Shown here: positions 62,831 to 64,000 of the stretch, in pieces
How the letters are laid out: every line of letters begins with the position of its first letter
Numbering within the stretch: the stretch's first letter is position 1
From: Heterodontus francisci
Lineage: Eukaryota
Length of the DNA stretch: 64,000 bases
Direction: 5' to 3'
Assembly (NCBI RefSeq): GCF_036365525.1
Contig: NC_090399.1
Location: 53,972,430-54,036,429 of the forward strand
Position numbers and translations under genes: made by a program
The notes under the pieces: model-generated
The model's database searches: none
Told to the model about the DNA's origin: nothing
The model's input: only the letters and a program-made list of their open reading frames with translations

Positions 62831-64000
62831 GGAGGAAAGTTGTGAATATTCACTGAATTTTTATGGTTCTTAGATGGACAGTAGAGAATGCCCTTGACCT
62901 GGGCCATCTTGTGGCCTCACTATTCCCATCATCTCTAAGAGGTCCATGATTGCTTCCTTGCATTGCCCTCCACCCACATTTCCCCCTACCCTACCCCTTC
63001 CATGTCTCTTCTCCACACCCACACCCCCAGAAAACATGCTTTTCCAATTCATTTATAACTACACTTCCAAAATCATGACATCAGATCATTGATATATTGA
63101 TTGCCAGTGCCAATGATTCATTGCCCTCTGAAGGATGAGAAACATTGACTGGAGAGGGTTTTCTGATTGAATAACAGATGTGAACATCCTGAGCCAGTAC
63201 CATACAAGGGAGAATCCTAGACTTCAGTTCTGTGAAGCAGTCAAATATCACTCTACCTGTGAGTTGTGGACTTTCCCAATGTTGTCTTGACTTTTGCACC
63301 AAGTGAATCAATGGCATTCCAGGCTGGAATGTCCTATAGGCAAGGAATGCTGAGTGACACCAACCACAGACCTTGGCATCTGACCATCTCAACCGGGCTC
63401 TCCTAGCAACTCATTTCTGCATTCAATCCTCCTCATGCCTATGTTTCACTCAGTGTTCCCTACATTTCACTTGGTGTTCCCTGGTCTAACTCTCTCCCCT
63501 TGGACTGGATATTGCTGGGCTGGGTCTTGCTGTAGGTGGATTGAGTGATGCTGCTTTGCATTGATCAGTCTCTGCCCTGAGCTGATCTTCACTCCTGCTG
63601 TTTCGCTCTGCATTCCCTGGTTCAACCCTCCCCTGGCCTGGAATTTGCTAGGGTCGTGTTGGTCAGTCTCTGACCCTATGAGCTGATATAGCTCAGCCAT
63701 GCCCACACATCCTAGTACTTTGCAATAAACTGCACCCACCTGGACCTCAGTTAAATATGCCCCTGATCACTGCCTCTGGTGCCACCTAGTCCTCCTCCCA
63801 GTTTTCACTGGAGGTTTGTGAACAAGCATTGAGGATCCACTTGCAATCATAGTACAAAGTAAGAAGTGGGCTTGTAGGGAAAGTCGCCAGGAACTACTGG
63901 ACCAGTTGCAGCACAGTAAATGGAGGGCTGACATCCCATTACTGATTGACTTCTCTGTTAGATATAATGCAGTGGTAACAAGCTCTCTATGAAGCTATTG

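Overview
Eukaryotic, repeat-rich DNA from a cartilaginous fish (HE1-type SINEs, shark-type CR1 LINEs, shark-like MHC peptides). It carries part of an MHC class II locus with both genes on the + strand, head-to-tail. The class II alpha gene contributes its alpha2 Ig-C1 exon (17959-18240) and CP/TM/cytoplasmic exon (34335-34482); its leader and alpha1 exons were not found and probably lie upstream of the window. The class II beta gene contributes an X1-X2-Y promoter with extra CCAAT boxes and a TATA box, a leader exon (51260-51362) and a beta1 exon (55608-55868); its remaining exons presumably lie downstream. Introns and the intergenic interval hold three large minisatellites (53-, 49- and 48-bp units), many nested CR1/L2/RTE/Penelope fragments, several SINE families, a hAT (Buster/Charlie-type) non-autonomous element with TIRs and an 8-bp TSD, and Harbinger relics. 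There is also an intron-containing, frameshifted ZSWIM3/MULE-like gene fragment head-to-head with the beta promoter. The very long ORFs in the track come from tandem repeats. Most notable: minisatellites apparently built from the CR1 3' end that flank the alpha2 exon with opposite G/C polarity, a possible decayed duplicate promoter and exon 1 upstream of the beta gene, and the spliced ZSWIM/MULE relic.
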